A stretch of DNA of 64,000 nucleotides. It comes from a virus. The notes beneath the pieces are model-generated. The model had not been told where the DNA came from. It did no database searches and saw nothing but the letters and a program-made list of their open reading frames with translations. Shown one piece after another: positions 52,952 to 62,570 of this stretch. The stretch lies in IMG/VR virus record IMGVR_UViG_3300044974_000943. One strand, 5' to 3'. Made by a program: the position numbers and the translations under genes. The number at the start of each line of letters is the position of its first letter. Position 1 is the stretch's first letter.

Positions 52952-53166
52952 TGACCCCCGACGACACCACCACACCTACAGCAGCCAAGAAGCCCTCACC
53001 CAAGCTGCCTGACATCTTTCCCCCTAAGCTAGAAGAACTAAAAGGCATGACGGGCAAAAAAGCTGACAAGAAAATGCTGAAGAGTATCGCTAAACCGCCT
53101 CTCATGCCCAAGGCGTTGCAGAAAAAGAATGTCAGCGTCCAGCTCATCGAACGTATCAAGAGCTAA
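52951..53166 (+). CDS. Small Lys/Pro-rich protein
   Basis: 71 aa, coupled start/stop. Confidence 0.55.
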   Translation: MTPDDTTTPTAAKKPSPKLPDIFPPKLEELKGMTGKKADKKMLKSIAKPPLMPKALQKKNVSVQLIERIKS

Positions 53167-53170
53167 CACC

Positions 53171-53902
53171 ATGCAACATTTCGCTTCTTTCAGTAACAGC
53201 GCACGTAAGTCATTTACGCGCCAAAAGCAAGCTACACTTCTCGGTCAAGGCGCACCAAACTCTTCTTACGTTGACCGCATTCAAACTGCTCGTAGAGGTC
53301 AGCCAACACCCATTGATAGTCCTTACTACATCAGCCGCAACGAAGTGATGACACACCCACAAGATAATGAGGTTCTTGTTTCTGTCCAGCGTAAGCTAGC
53401 CAAGCTAGGTCAAGGTTATAGGAATGAACATGGAGTCAAATTAGGTCGCCCGACAGGGAAAGATGCAAATTATCGTAATGGGAGGTTAGTAGTTGGTAAT
53501 ATAGTAGAAGGAGATAAAAAAGGTCTACGTTTAAGTGGTAGTGAAATAAAAACTGAAGGTCGCTATCTGAACAAAGACTACATTGGCAACATCCACACTC
53601 ATCCCACATCACCTAAAAATAGCTTGGCAACTATACCTAGTATTGCCGACTTGAGATTAGATTACAGCAACCGTCAAGACTACTCAGTAAAACGTGATGA
53701 CCCTCGTGCAAGTAGTAAGCCATTTGAGAGCCTCATATTATCAACACCAGCAGGGAGAAAAGCTAAGACATCAGTAATTAGTTATAAACAGACTAAAGAA
53801 CTCCCTAGAGGACTTGAAAACTACAAATACGCTTATGAACAAAGTATCCCAGACATAAATAACCAGATAAAGGAACTGGGTGGTCAGTACAGTGTCTATT
53901 AA
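53171..53902 (+). CDS. MQHFASF-leader protein with a JAB/MPN-like metallopeptidase motif
   Basis: True start at ATG 53171; E...IGNIHTHP...PSIAD (JAMM-type HxH...SxxD). Confidence 0.7.
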   Translation: MQHFASFSNSARKSFTRQKQATLLGQGAPNSSYVDRIQTARRGQPTPIDSPYYISRNEVMTHPQDNEVLVSVQRKLAKLGQGYRNEHGVKLGRPTGKDANYRNGRLVVGNIVEGDKKGLRLSGSEIKTEGRYLNKDYIGNIHTHPTSPKNSLATIPSIADLRLDYSNRQDYSVKRDDPRASSKPFESLILSTPAGRKAKTSVISYKQTKELPRGLENYKYAYEQSIPDINNQIKELGGQYSVY

Positions 53903-54254
53903 AAAAAGTAAACCTAAGTTAGAGTTGGAGTCAGTCACCCGCGACAAAATTGCCTCGTTTTTTCGCTCTAGCGGCTATGTAGTCCAAAGGGAAGTAAAAA
54001 ATCCATTTGGTCGCGTAGATTGCCTTGTAAAAGAATATAAGCCCACTGGAGAGATTGTTCATCATGTAGTAGAGTGTAAGCGCGAGAATAGCAGCTATCA
54101 CCTCAAAGCAGCTATCGGACAATTGAGAATGTATGCTCAACACTACGGTTCCAACACCAAGCTCTACTTCTGCACTTCAGACAAATCTAAGTTATCCGAA
54201 GAAAGTAAAAGAATCATGGCTGCCAATCCCGATATTCTCTATAAGGTATTCTAA
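53880..54254 (+). CDS. PD-(D/E)XK nuclease-like protein
   Basis: QREV...GRVDCL...VECK...AIGQLRMY. Confidence 0.7.
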   Translation: MVSTVSIKKSKPKLELESVTRDKIASFFRSSGYVVQREVKNPFGRVDCLVKEYKPTGEIVHHVVECKRENSSYHLKAAIGQLRMYAQHYGSNTKLYFCTSDKSKLSEESKRIMAANPDILYKVF

Positions 54255-54277
54255 TAATATACAGAACAAATAACATC

Positions 54278-54895
54278 ATGCAACACTTCGCAAACTTTGG
54301 TAAAGTAAATCTACAAAACTTGCAAAAAATGCAAAAATTAGATTTAACAAATACCAACCAATTATTTCTACAAAGGTCTGGCTTGACAAACGAGCATCCC
54401 GCTTTTACTAACACAGCTATGGAGATTCACGACGGACTTACACATAGTAAAATTAAACCCAGTCTAAATAAATATTTACCGAAAGTGGAGTACAAAGAAA
54501 GACCTCAAGACTTCCTACACTTAAATCCATCAGGTAAAAAAGATTTGGCAGACCACAGATACAACCAAGAAGTTGAAAAAATTGGTTTAGGTATTGATGG
54601 TATAGGTAGAAAAAATAGGCAACCTTTAACTGTCATAGGTAATGCCATACGAAAAAAAGAACTAAGTCCTGTTGAACAATTAGCTACACAACACAGAAAT
54701 GAGGAAGTATATAGACTAAGGTATTACAACAATACTCCAGCAACTCAAGATGATGTGAGCAAAGTAATTAGTTCCTTAAGAGAAGCAGCCGCGCCCAAAA
54801 GAGGAAGGGGCATTAGGAAAGCTAGAGGTGTAAAACCTGAGCCACAAGAGTTGGACTTTAAAAAAATAAAGTTGGAAGGTCGTTATGGAATCTAA
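54278..54895 (+). CDS. MQHFANF-leader basic protein
   Basis: Leader; 205 aa. Confidence 0.75.
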   Translation: MQHFANFGKVNLQNLQKMQKLDLTNTNQLFLQRSGLTNEHPAFTNTAMEIHDGLTHSKIKPSLNKYLPKVEYKERPQDFLHLNPSGKKDLADHRYNQEVEKIGLGIDGIGRKNRQPLTVIGNAIRKKELSPVEQLATQHRNEEVYRLRYYNNTPATQDDVSKVISSLREAAAPKRGRGIRKARGVKPEPQELDFKKIKLEGRYGI

Positions 54896-55835
54896 CTTCG
54901 CCCGAATCCGCAACGCCAAACCACTCCTCCTCACACCAGAGAAGCGTGTACTACACTTCCCTGCTACAAACAAGGTACGCATCGACAACAACGTAAACGC
55001 CGAACCACAATATCGCAAAAGTGCTGAAAAATACTCTCGCCAAGAGTTTGATACAGCCAATCAGGTCGCCTCGCTTCCTCAAAGAATAACTCCACCCGTC
55101 AGTGGGTATACAGAAAAAGGAAACTTACATAGCTATGCTCAAGGCTATGGTGGTAACGCCGTTGACTTAGATGCAATGTCACCAAAAGAACAATATAAAC
55201 TTGGCTCCCAAATTGGACGACAACAAAACGCGCTCAGACAAAACTACCTTGGACACACAGACCTCCACTCTGGCAACATAGTTAGACCCAACCCAAGCAA
55301 ACGAAAAGCCTACTTGATAGACAACGATTCATTCCAACCAATCAACGATTTTTATGACGAGAAACTATTAAAAAATCTACACCATGAGAACGGGCTAGGG
55401 AAGCCATTTACTACAGGTTATAATAGCAGCATAAACTTTACACAACAAAAACAGATGCAACATTTCGCTAATTTCGGTTTCACAAATCCTCTACCTGCAA
55501 TGGTAGATAAAGCCCGTCCATATTGGCACAACATTCAAGATGCTGGTAGGGCAGCTAAAGCAGTAGGTCAAGGGTTTGCACGGGACAGAGGAGTACAAAT
55601 TGGTGCTGGTATTGGCGCTGCTGCTGGACTAGTTAAAGGTTCTGGTGTCGGTGAATCAGAAGAAGAGAAAGCTAGAACTACAGGATTAGGGCGCTTAGGT
55701 AAACTAGTCGGTAATGCTGGTGTTGGCGGCGTTGTCGGTGGAGGGCTAGGTTTGACAGGAAGTATAGCCACAGAAGCTTTAAAAGATGGATATGCAATTG
55801 CAAAAAGATATCGCCGTTACAATATCGACGACTAA
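54885..55835 (+). CDS. Kinase/phosphotransferase-like domain fused in frame to an internal MQHFANF glycine-zipper protein (internal ATG 55455)
   Basis: HTDLHSGNIV...LIDND catalytic-loop-like motifs; internal TATAAT near 55419 and MQHFANF at residue 191. Confidence 0.72.
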   Translation: MESNFARIRNAKPLLLTPEKRVLHFPATNKVRIDNNVNAEPQYRKSAEKYSRQEFDTANQVASLPQRITPPVSGYTEKGNLHSYAQGYGGNAVDLDAMSPKEQYKLGSQIGRQQNALRQNYLGHTDLHSGNIVRPNPSKRKAYLIDNDSFQPINDFYDEKLLKNLHHENGLGKPFTTGYNSSINFTQQKQMQHFANFGFTNPLPAMVDKARPYWHNIQDAGRAAKAVGQGFARDRGVQIGAGIGAAAGLVKGSGVGESEEEKARTTGLGRLGKLVGNAGVGGVVGGGLGLTGSIATEALKDGYAIAKRYRRYNIDD

Positions 55836-56566
55836 TCCTCATCATCATCCTCCTCTATCTGACTAAGGAGTTGCAATTTCTTTTGTAGCTCCTTTTGCAG
55901 TTTCTCGCGCTCTTTAGGATTCTTCAGCCTCTCGACTGTCTTACTACGATTCAGTGTCTCCAATAGCTCTTGATTAGTTTTGGGTGCTTGCTCCATCACC
56001 TTACCATGCATCTCATGCAACATTTTTAGCCCCTTGATGCCTTCAGTCAGCGCCTTCAGGTTGACCTTACTATATTCACGCAAGTCCACATCACCGTCAG
56101 CGTCCACAGCCTCAAGTAAGTCGCCATACTCTTGCTCAAGCCCTAAGTTAATCAGCTTCATGCCCTTACGAATGATAGCCAGCGAGTTCGCCTCAGTCTC
56201 GCTCTCCTCATTAGTGAAATAGCCAAGCTCAGTACCAAGCGCCTCCTCCTGTACTCGCGCCAAGTAACTATCACGCAATCCGCCCCAACTCTCGATAGCC
56301 GACTTCTTTGTTAGCTGACTAACTCCAACACCAAACTCCTCAGCAAGCTCTTGCAAGTTATAGCTCTCAGACCAGATTCTCGTATGCCCAGTTTCCTCGT
56401 CGAACTCCTCAATACGCTTGCCAAGAATATATGCACGTTTGATATCCGTCCAGTTCACCCAGCTTGTCTTGCTGAGCTTATGTATTGTTATCTTTTGCAT
56501 TTCGGGCTGTTCACTATTCAAATTGCGTAGTGATTGCAGCTTTTGTTCTATGTTATTGTTGCTCAT
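55832..56566 (-). CDS. Putative terminase small subunit (HTH)
   Basis: WTDIKRAYILG...LQELAEEFGV...ESW pattern typical of TerS N-termini; near TerL. Confidence 0.55.
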   Translation of the reverse strand: MSNNNIEQKLQSLRNLNSEQPEMQKITIHKLSKTSWVNWTDIKRAYILGKRIEEFDEETGHTRIWSESYNLQELAEEFGVGVSQLTKKSAIESWGGLRDSYLARVQEEALGTELGYFTNEESETEANSLAIIRKGMKLINLGLEQEYGDLLEAVDADGDVDLREYSKVNLKALTEGIKGLKMLHEMHGKVMEQAPKTNQELLETLNRSKTVERLKNPKEREKLQKELQKKLQLLSQIEEDDDED

Positions 56567-56885
56567 TACTTCTCAAGATTTCTTTTTTCTGCACCCCGAA
56601 CGGAGTGGGGTTGTTGTCTATGTAATCTACCACGCTTTGTTTTGGGCTGTATAGCTTCAAGTCCAGTTCTTTATGCGTTACTACCCACACCATCACTGCA
56701 TTAGCCGCCACAATATTCTTTTCTGACGGCATGATGACCTTCAAGTACTCGATAGTGCGTGGATTCTTAGCGTCGCACTTAGCAAAATCAATCAAGAACT
56801 GGACACCAATAGTATCAGGTGGTATGTAGCGCTTGACTGGCTGCTTGAGAATGCTGTCTTTAATCTGAACTTTGAATCGAGCCAA
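56553..56885 (-). CDS. Hypothetical protein
   Basis: 110-aa ORF divergent from TerL. Confidence 0.55.
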   Translation of the reverse strand: MARFKVQIKDSILKQPVKRYIPPDTIGVQFLIDFAKCDAKNPRTIEYLKVIMPSEKNIVAANAVMVWVVTHKELDLKLYSPKQSVVDYIDNNPTPFGVQKKEILRSNEQQ

Positions 56886-56937
56886 GTGGTTTTAGGCAGA
56901 ATGCTATACTACCCAATATATCACGATATACATATAA

Positions 56938-58611
56938 ATGACAAGCGCACGAAGTAAGCAAAAGCAATCAAATGACATGAGTGAAGCCGAACTCCGCAAG
57001 ATGAGTGACGCGCTCGATGATGTGTTGGCAGAAAAAGCAAGTAAGAAGTTGCGCCATTTCTATGCATGGGCTTGGGGGTTTCATCAAGGCGTTTCTTTAG
57101 AGAAAAATTGGCACATTGATTGTGTTGCTGAACACGTAGAGGCAGCTTTAAACCGCCAAATAAAGCGGTTAATCGTTACTGTACCTCCTCGTAGCGGGAA
57201 GACGACCATTACCTCTATTTCTGCCCCAGCATTTAGGTGGATATCTCACCCTGAAGAAAAATTCTATCTAAGTTCGCACAAACTAGGATTATGTACCAGT
57301 AACCTTATTGCAACTAGAAATATTGTCAATCACCCAGACTATAAAAATAGGTACTGTAACCCAGACAGTCAGTGGTTTAGCTTTAAATTGTCAGATGACC
57401 AATCAACTAAAACTAAGATTAGCAATACAGGTAAAGGAGAAATAAACATATCATCTCCTGATACAGGGATTATCGGTAGTGGAGGAACTGTATTTCTCAT
57501 AGATGACATTATCGATGAAGAGATGTACAAGAATGAGTCTATACGAGAACAAAGAAACAAATGGGTAACTGACCAACTATTCGGAAGAACTAACGATTTT
57601 AACTCAGATGTCCGAATAGCTATCAACCAAAGATTAGGCGATAGTGACCTTGTAAATCACCTACACAATAAATTTATAGGTGAAGACTGTTTTTTTGAGC
57701 TTTGTGTTCCTGCTGAGTTTGCTAAGCGTAAGACGTACTTCTCGCCTTTAGGGGAAAAATGGAACGACCCCAGAAAAAAGGAAGGGGAGTTACTAGATAA
57801 AAATAGAATACCTTTGAAATTGTTAGATGGACTAGACCCCATAAGACGTAAGACTCTATTCAATCAAGACCCGTCAGGTGGCGGTAAGGGTATCACGCTT
57901 GACGAGAAAGATATTCGCATTGTGTCACAGAAGCCAACTAAGATGGACTCGATGCTTATTATGTGGGATTTGACCTTTGCGGCATCAGAAGCGTCTACAA
58001 GCTGGAATCTCGGCGCAGTGGTAGGCAGAAAAGAAGATAACTACTATGTCATTGACGGCATTCGCGCTAAGCTGGACATCGTAGGGCAAATGGCAGCTAT
58101 TAAAAAGTTAGCTAAAAAATATCCTCAAGCTGAAATTGGTGTTGAGGCAAAAGCTAATGGTGAAGCAGTGATGCGGTTACTGGCTAGTGAGTTCCCTAAC
58201 ATTGTACCTTTCAGACCTAGCGTGTGGGGCGGCAAGACACAGGCAGACAAAGAAAGGCGATTTGGTGCTGCTGTACCTTTCATTAAAAATGGGCAACTGT
58301 ATTTCTACAAACCTCATTCAACCGACTACACTCTTGACGAGACATACGACCCAGACCACGCTATTAATGAGTTGGTTGGATTCCCGCTATTTTCAACTAA
58401 CGAGTGGGTAGACGATGTAAGTTATGCAATCGGCTACCTAAGCCAAAAAACCAGCAACAGTACCATCATGCTATTTGGCGACAGCGACCACAAACTTACT
58501 GAAGACGAGTATTGGGCAAAACACGACTCAAGTTATAATGAATCCAATGACTTCTTTATTTTCACTGATAGCGTACCTAGCACAGAAGATATCAATAGTA
58601 TTCAATTCTAG
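56938..58611 (+). CDS. terL: Terminase large subunit
   Basis: Walker A PPRSGKT, Walker B LIDD, NQR coupling motif, nuclease WD...EAKANG...WVDD. Confidence 0.93.
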   Translation: MTSARSKQKQSNDMSEAELRKMSDALDDVLAEKASKKLRHFYAWAWGFHQGVSLEKNWHIDCVAEHVEAALNRQIKRLIVTVPPRSGKTTITSISAPAFRWISHPEEKFYLSSHKLGLCTSNLIATRNIVNHPDYKNRYCNPDSQWFSFKLSDDQSTKTKISNTGKGEINISSPDTGIIGSGGTVFLIDDIIDEEMYKNESIREQRNKWVTDQLFGRTNDFNSDVRIAINQRLGDSDLVNHLHNKFIGEDCFFELCVPAEFAKRKTYFSPLGEKWNDPRKKEGELLDKNRIPLKLLDGLDPIRRKTLFNQDPSGGGKGITLDEKDIRIVSQKPTKMDSMLIMWDLTFAASEASTSWNLGAVVGRKEDNYYVIDGIRAKLDIVGQMAAIKKLAKKYPQAEIGVEAKANGEAVMRLLASEFPNIVPFRPSVWGGKTQADKERRFGAAVPFIKNGQLYFYKPHSTDYTLDETYDPDHAINELVGFPLFSTNEWVDDVSYAIGYLSQKTSNSTIMLFGDSDHKLTEDEYWAKHDSSYNESNDFFIFTDSVPSTEDINSIQF

Positions 58612-58621
58612 ACCTAACCGC

Positions 58622-58999
58622 ATGACCAACCCCAAAGACTACATCACAGACAAAATAGTATACAGCGCCTCGCTATCCTTCCCAATGGCTAAGGTCAAAA
58701 TGTTCATGCTTCATTGGCGCGACCTTGTAGTGGCTCTAGATTTAAGTACTCAACAACGCCAATTGTATTTTCTGTCTCAGGTGCTGTATCTGACTAGAGA
58801 GTTCTTGTACCAAAACGATTTTGACCTACTTTATAAAATTGCAAACGACTGGAAAAAATACAGCCTCAATAAATTAGCAGACATAGGCGACCTCTATGGA
58901 ATCATCAGGATACTCAACCCTATTGAGCATGACTTGACTAGCCTTGAATACCTTGAACGTCTAGATAACCAATTAACACCAGCTTGTGTCAATTCTTAA
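58622..58999 (+). CDS. Hypothetical protein
   Basis: Likely start MTNPKDY after the TerL stop. Confidence 0.55.
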   Translation: MTNPKDYITDKIVYSASLSFPMAKVKMFMLHWRDLVVALDLSTQQRQLYFLSQVLYLTREFLYQNDFDLLYKIANDWKKYSLNKLADIGDLYGIIRILNPIEHDLTSLEYLERLDNQLTPACVNS

Positions 59000-60827
59000 A
59001 CACACCTTAAACAGCGACTCACTACCAGCACCACACGAAATTGCTGTTGGTGAACTTGTCTTAGCGCTTAAAGATGAGCAAGCAGTTCTTTATACGAAGG
59101 ACTTCACTGGCAAAGTACTGGAGATTGGCAAGGGGGTTCAGAAGTTTACGGAGCTTCAAGATATCAATATAACTAATGCGCGTGAAGGCGATTTCCTAGT
59201 CAAGCAAGGCAACGGTTTTACAGCAACATCACAGATTGGCAGTCTCACTAGGCTTAGTGATGTAGAAATAAACAGTCCCACAAATGGACAGTATTTGCGC
59301 TATGACGCGCTTCGTGAAGCCTATGTGAATGCAAGTCCAGATTATGCATTGTCACAGCTTACAGACGTAGATTTAAGCACACTAGAAAACAATCAAGTAT
59401 TGTATTGGGACGCAACCGCAGCAAGATGGAAGCCTCGCAATAGAATCAACTTAGTAAATGAACTTGATGACGTTGAGATAACTCCAACTACAGGATTAGT
59501 AGACGACCCACACCGATTCCAAATACTTTCACTTGATGTTGGCGGGACTGTCTGGAGCAATCAAGACCTGCAAATTGTTCGTGACCCTAACCCGACATTG
59601 GGTGCAAACCTTAACGCCAATGGCAATTATCTTTATAATTCTTTTACTAATATTGGTACAGTGGTGGGTAATGCTCCCACTATTAATCTGCCTTATGTTA
59701 CTGCGGATTATTGGATTGTAACGGGTGTAGCCGTAGAAACTCAATCACAGTGCATCTTGTTGCCACAAATCGCGCCAGCAAATAATCAAGCAGCCGTGAT
59801 GTTGATTGAGATACGGCAAAACACTGGTCAGATTCTCATTGGCGGTCTAACTAACGTCAAGTACGAAGATGGTAGAGCTATCAAGCTATCAGGCAATGGC
59901 AAAACTGACATCATCACAGTACTGGTTCAAAACGTCGGGGGAACAATTACTACTTACGTCACAGCAACTGCACTTAATATAGCTGCGCTGGGGCAAGGCG
60001 GAATACCTGCATGGCGATATGACATCGTAGATAACCAAGCACAACTACTGGCGGCTCCTAAACTATACGACGACTATTTCAAGTATGTCAAACTATTACT
60101 CGACTTTGAGGCGCAATCATGGCGCAGCAAGCTTTGGTATGAGGACAAGAGTAGCTTATCAGTTCCAGTTGCAATATTAGGGGTAACGCAACAAGATACT
60201 GACATCACGACCTTCGGCATCCCTAACCAAATTGCAGAGTTCGATAACAGCATCGACACCATTACCATCACCCCTGCTGCCACTATCAATGTCACAGGCG
60301 ACTTCACATTTGAATTTTATCTGCAATACCAAAACACAGCATTTTACGAATCAACTACGTCAGTCACACACAAATATTTTGACTCAACCAACTTTAAGAT
60401 TAGTTATACAGGTCAATTAACAACCAGTACACAAAACCTCACGTTCACTCTGGTTATTGGCGCTAACACCTACACATTTGATAACGCCAACCGACTTTTT
60501 AGATACCAGAACAGCCGCTACATATTCTTTTCTGTCACGCGAGTTGGGACGAGCATCAAGGTGCATTGTGATGGTCAATTGTTGACAGAAAAAACAGGGC
60601 TTATGATTGATTCTGGAGTTACTAATTTAGCTATCTCTTCGGCAACTATAAGTATGATTGGGCGACTTGATTCAGTTCGATTGACGGTAGGTAAAGGTCG
60701 CTATACAGATGCAGTTTATCAGCCTCCAGCTATGAGGTTTGGGCGCTTGGGTGGTCTTGAAGATGTAGTTCACTCGCAGTCGTTCAATTACTTTCACCAC
60801 AGTATTGGTAATCAGATATTCTCATGA
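58986..60827 (+). CDS. Virion structural/tail-fibre protein with repeats and a C-terminal LamG/concanavalin-like domain
   Basis: Repeated L.DV.I...G..L.(Y/W)D units; GDFTFEFY; LDSVRLTVGKGRY. Confidence 0.72.
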   Translation: MSILKHTLNSDSLPAPHEIAVGELVLALKDEQAVLYTKDFTGKVLEIGKGVQKFTELQDINITNAREGDFLVKQGNGFTATSQIGSLTRLSDVEINSPTNGQYLRYDALREAYVNASPDYALSQLTDVDLSTLENNQVLYWDATAARWKPRNRINLVNELDDVEITPTTGLVDDPHRFQILSLDVGGTVWSNQDLQIVRDPNPTLGANLNANGNYLYNSFTNIGTVVGNAPTINLPYVTADYWIVTGVAVETQSQCILLPQIAPANNQAAVMLIEIRQNTGQILIGGLTNVKYEDGRAIKLSGNGKTDIITVLVQNVGGTITTYVTATALNIAALGQGGIPAWRYDIVDNQAQLLAAPKLYDDYFKYVKLLLDFEAQSWRSKLWYEDKSSLSVPVAILGVTQQDTDITTFGIPNQIAEFDNSIDTITITPAATINVTGDFTFEFYLQYQNTAFYESTTSVTHKYFDSTNFKISYTGQLTTSTQNLTFTLVIGANTYTFDNANRLFRYQNSRYIFFSVTRVGTSIKVHCDGQLLTEKTGLMIDSGVTNLAISSATISMIGRLDSVRLTVGKGRYTDAVYQPPAMRFGRLGGLEDVVHSQSFNYFHHSIGNQIFS

Positions 60828-61819
60828 GCGTTAGCATATTTCCACATACAGTAAATGAAAATACTGCTGACTACAATCTGATTCCTGTAGGCACTTTGCT
60901 TTTAGGATTTATGTCTAAAAACATAACCACAAAGACATATAAAAATAGTGTAGCAATTGTAGGTAATAGCAAACGCAACCTTAAAGACTTTATTAAGTAC
61001 TATACATACTCTGATGGAGCTATCCTTCGTTTTTACAAAGGGCAACTAACGACAACCGTACCTAACATCTACTTAAGAGATATTTCAGGTGTAGTAATAG
61101 GTGGTGCTGGCACTTACTTGGCAGTCAACTCTTTGGGGCAAGTTATTAACACGGTCAGAAAAGAATATCAGATAAAACAACTGAGTGATGTAGTAAATAC
61201 GGTAGCGCCAAACAAATATGCACTAACTTATAATGCCTCAAACGAAGAGTGGTACTATGCCCCTGAAGCTTCGGCACTAAGTAAATTTGATGATATAGAG
61301 TATGAGTTAGCTCCGATACCTTATGCTTGCCTAGTATCTAATTTTGCTCCAACTAATCAAGGGGGTTTTGGTAACACTAAAAAAGTGCTTCCATTAAGTA
61401 TTAGGTGGGATAGGTCGCCTGTACTTGGAGGTGCGCTTAACTGCAATGGAAAATCACTTAATAATCTAATATATAACTGCCAAAACATATCAGCAACACA
61501 GCCACTATCAAGTCTCATTATTGACACTATCCAGCATTCCGAAACTAACGTAGTCTGCACCAATGGAGTGAAGGTACTGAACATACAACTAGTTATTAAT
61601 AACAACCATCTTAAGTTTTTCACTCTCAATCTAAGTAATTTTACTGGTATTGTAAGTTTCAAAGCAGATGCAGATATAAGATTTGAGAACGGATATTTAC
61701 CTAAGATAAGCAAACCAGAGAATACCTACACCTTACTGATATATAAGGATGATGTTAAGATAAAAGTAGTTATTTTACACAAAAATCGTAATATGGGGTC
61801 ATTTTCTAATGGGACTTAA
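60824..61819 (+). CDS. Structural protein related to the N-terminal part of 58986
   Basis: LSDV repeats; DRSPVLGGALNCNG vs DPNPTLGANLNANG. Confidence 0.62.
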   Translation: MSVSIFPHTVNENTADYNLIPVGTLLLGFMSKNITTKTYKNSVAIVGNSKRNLKDFIKYYTYSDGAILRFYKGQLTTTVPNIYLRDISGVVIGGAGTYLAVNSLGQVINTVRKEYQIKQLSDVVNTVAPNKYALTYNASNEEWYYAPEASALSKFDDIEYELAPIPYACLVSNFAPTNQGGFGNTKKVLPLSIRWDRSPVLGGALNCNGKSLNNLIYNCQNISATQPLSSLIIDTIQHSETNVVCTNGVKVLNIQLVINNNHLKFFTLNLSNFTGIVSFKADADIRFENGYLPKISKPENTYTLLIYKDDVKIKVVILHKNRNMGSFSNGT

Positions 61820-62564
61820 GCAATATGAGGGTCAGCAAACTGAGAATCCCTCTTTAGATATATTCGGGTATCCTGTGACGCTTCCCCCACAATCTACACC
61901 GCTATTGCTGACCCTCATTTTTATCACGAATTTGGTGCTTATCCTTAAGTCTAAGCCAGTAGGATTTGCTATAGACCTTTTACGTGGGGCGGATTTGCAG
62001 TTACTTGAAAATCTTGACGATATAGCGGTAGAGTTACGTGAATTGACTCAAGCCGATAGAGTACTCATTACAGGCTTCCATAACGGTAAACAGAATATCC
62101 TTTACCACTGGCGCAGAATTTCAACTCTTGCAGAAGCTACTAGATTTGGCGTAGAGTCTGTGCTTCATAAAACAAAAGACTTAGATACAATTTCCGTTTT
62201 CAGTTCTAATGACTATGAATTTTTAAAAACGCTTGGCGCTCACAAAACTTTTATTCACATTAATAGAGATTTGCCAACTATATCTATCCAGCAACGCAGA
62301 TTCTTAATTAATTGCTATATGTTTGGTCAGTATGTGATGTTGCTTCAAGATGACGTTCTCACCGACCCTTATGGAGCTATTTTCATTCAATACGACAGCC
62401 CTGAAAAATGTGAAGTATCTAGAGGAGGGGAAGTTGGTTGGAGTTCCTCTGTTACAAACTCGGCTTATCAAAAAGTGATGCGAGTAAACAGCCTTATATA
62501 CGACAGAGGCACTTCTAGGACTACTAAAGTGGTACACTGGATAAAGAAAAAATTAGGTTTGTAG
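61809..62564 (+). CDS. Single-TM protein with GAF-like domain, holin candidate
   Basis: N-terminal TM, then LRELTQADRV...FHNG. Confidence 0.5.
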   Translation: MGLKQYEGQQTENPSLDIFGYPVTLPPQSTPLLLTLIFITNLVLILKSKPVGFAIDLLRGADLQLLENLDDIAVELRELTQADRVLITGFHNGKQNILYHWRRISTLAEATRFGVESVLHKTKDLDTISVFSSNDYEFLKTLGAHKTFIHINRDLPTISIQQRRFLINCYMFGQYVMLLQDDVLTDPYGAIFIQYDSPEKCEVSRGGEVGWSSSVTNSAYQKVMRVNSLIYDRGTSRTTKVVHWIKKKLGL

Positions 62565-62570
62565 CCACCA

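Noticed and set aside
53129-53170. N-terminal extension MSASSSSNVSRANT in the ORF track
   Set aside because: Overlaps the upstream gene; the shared leader indicates the start is at 53171
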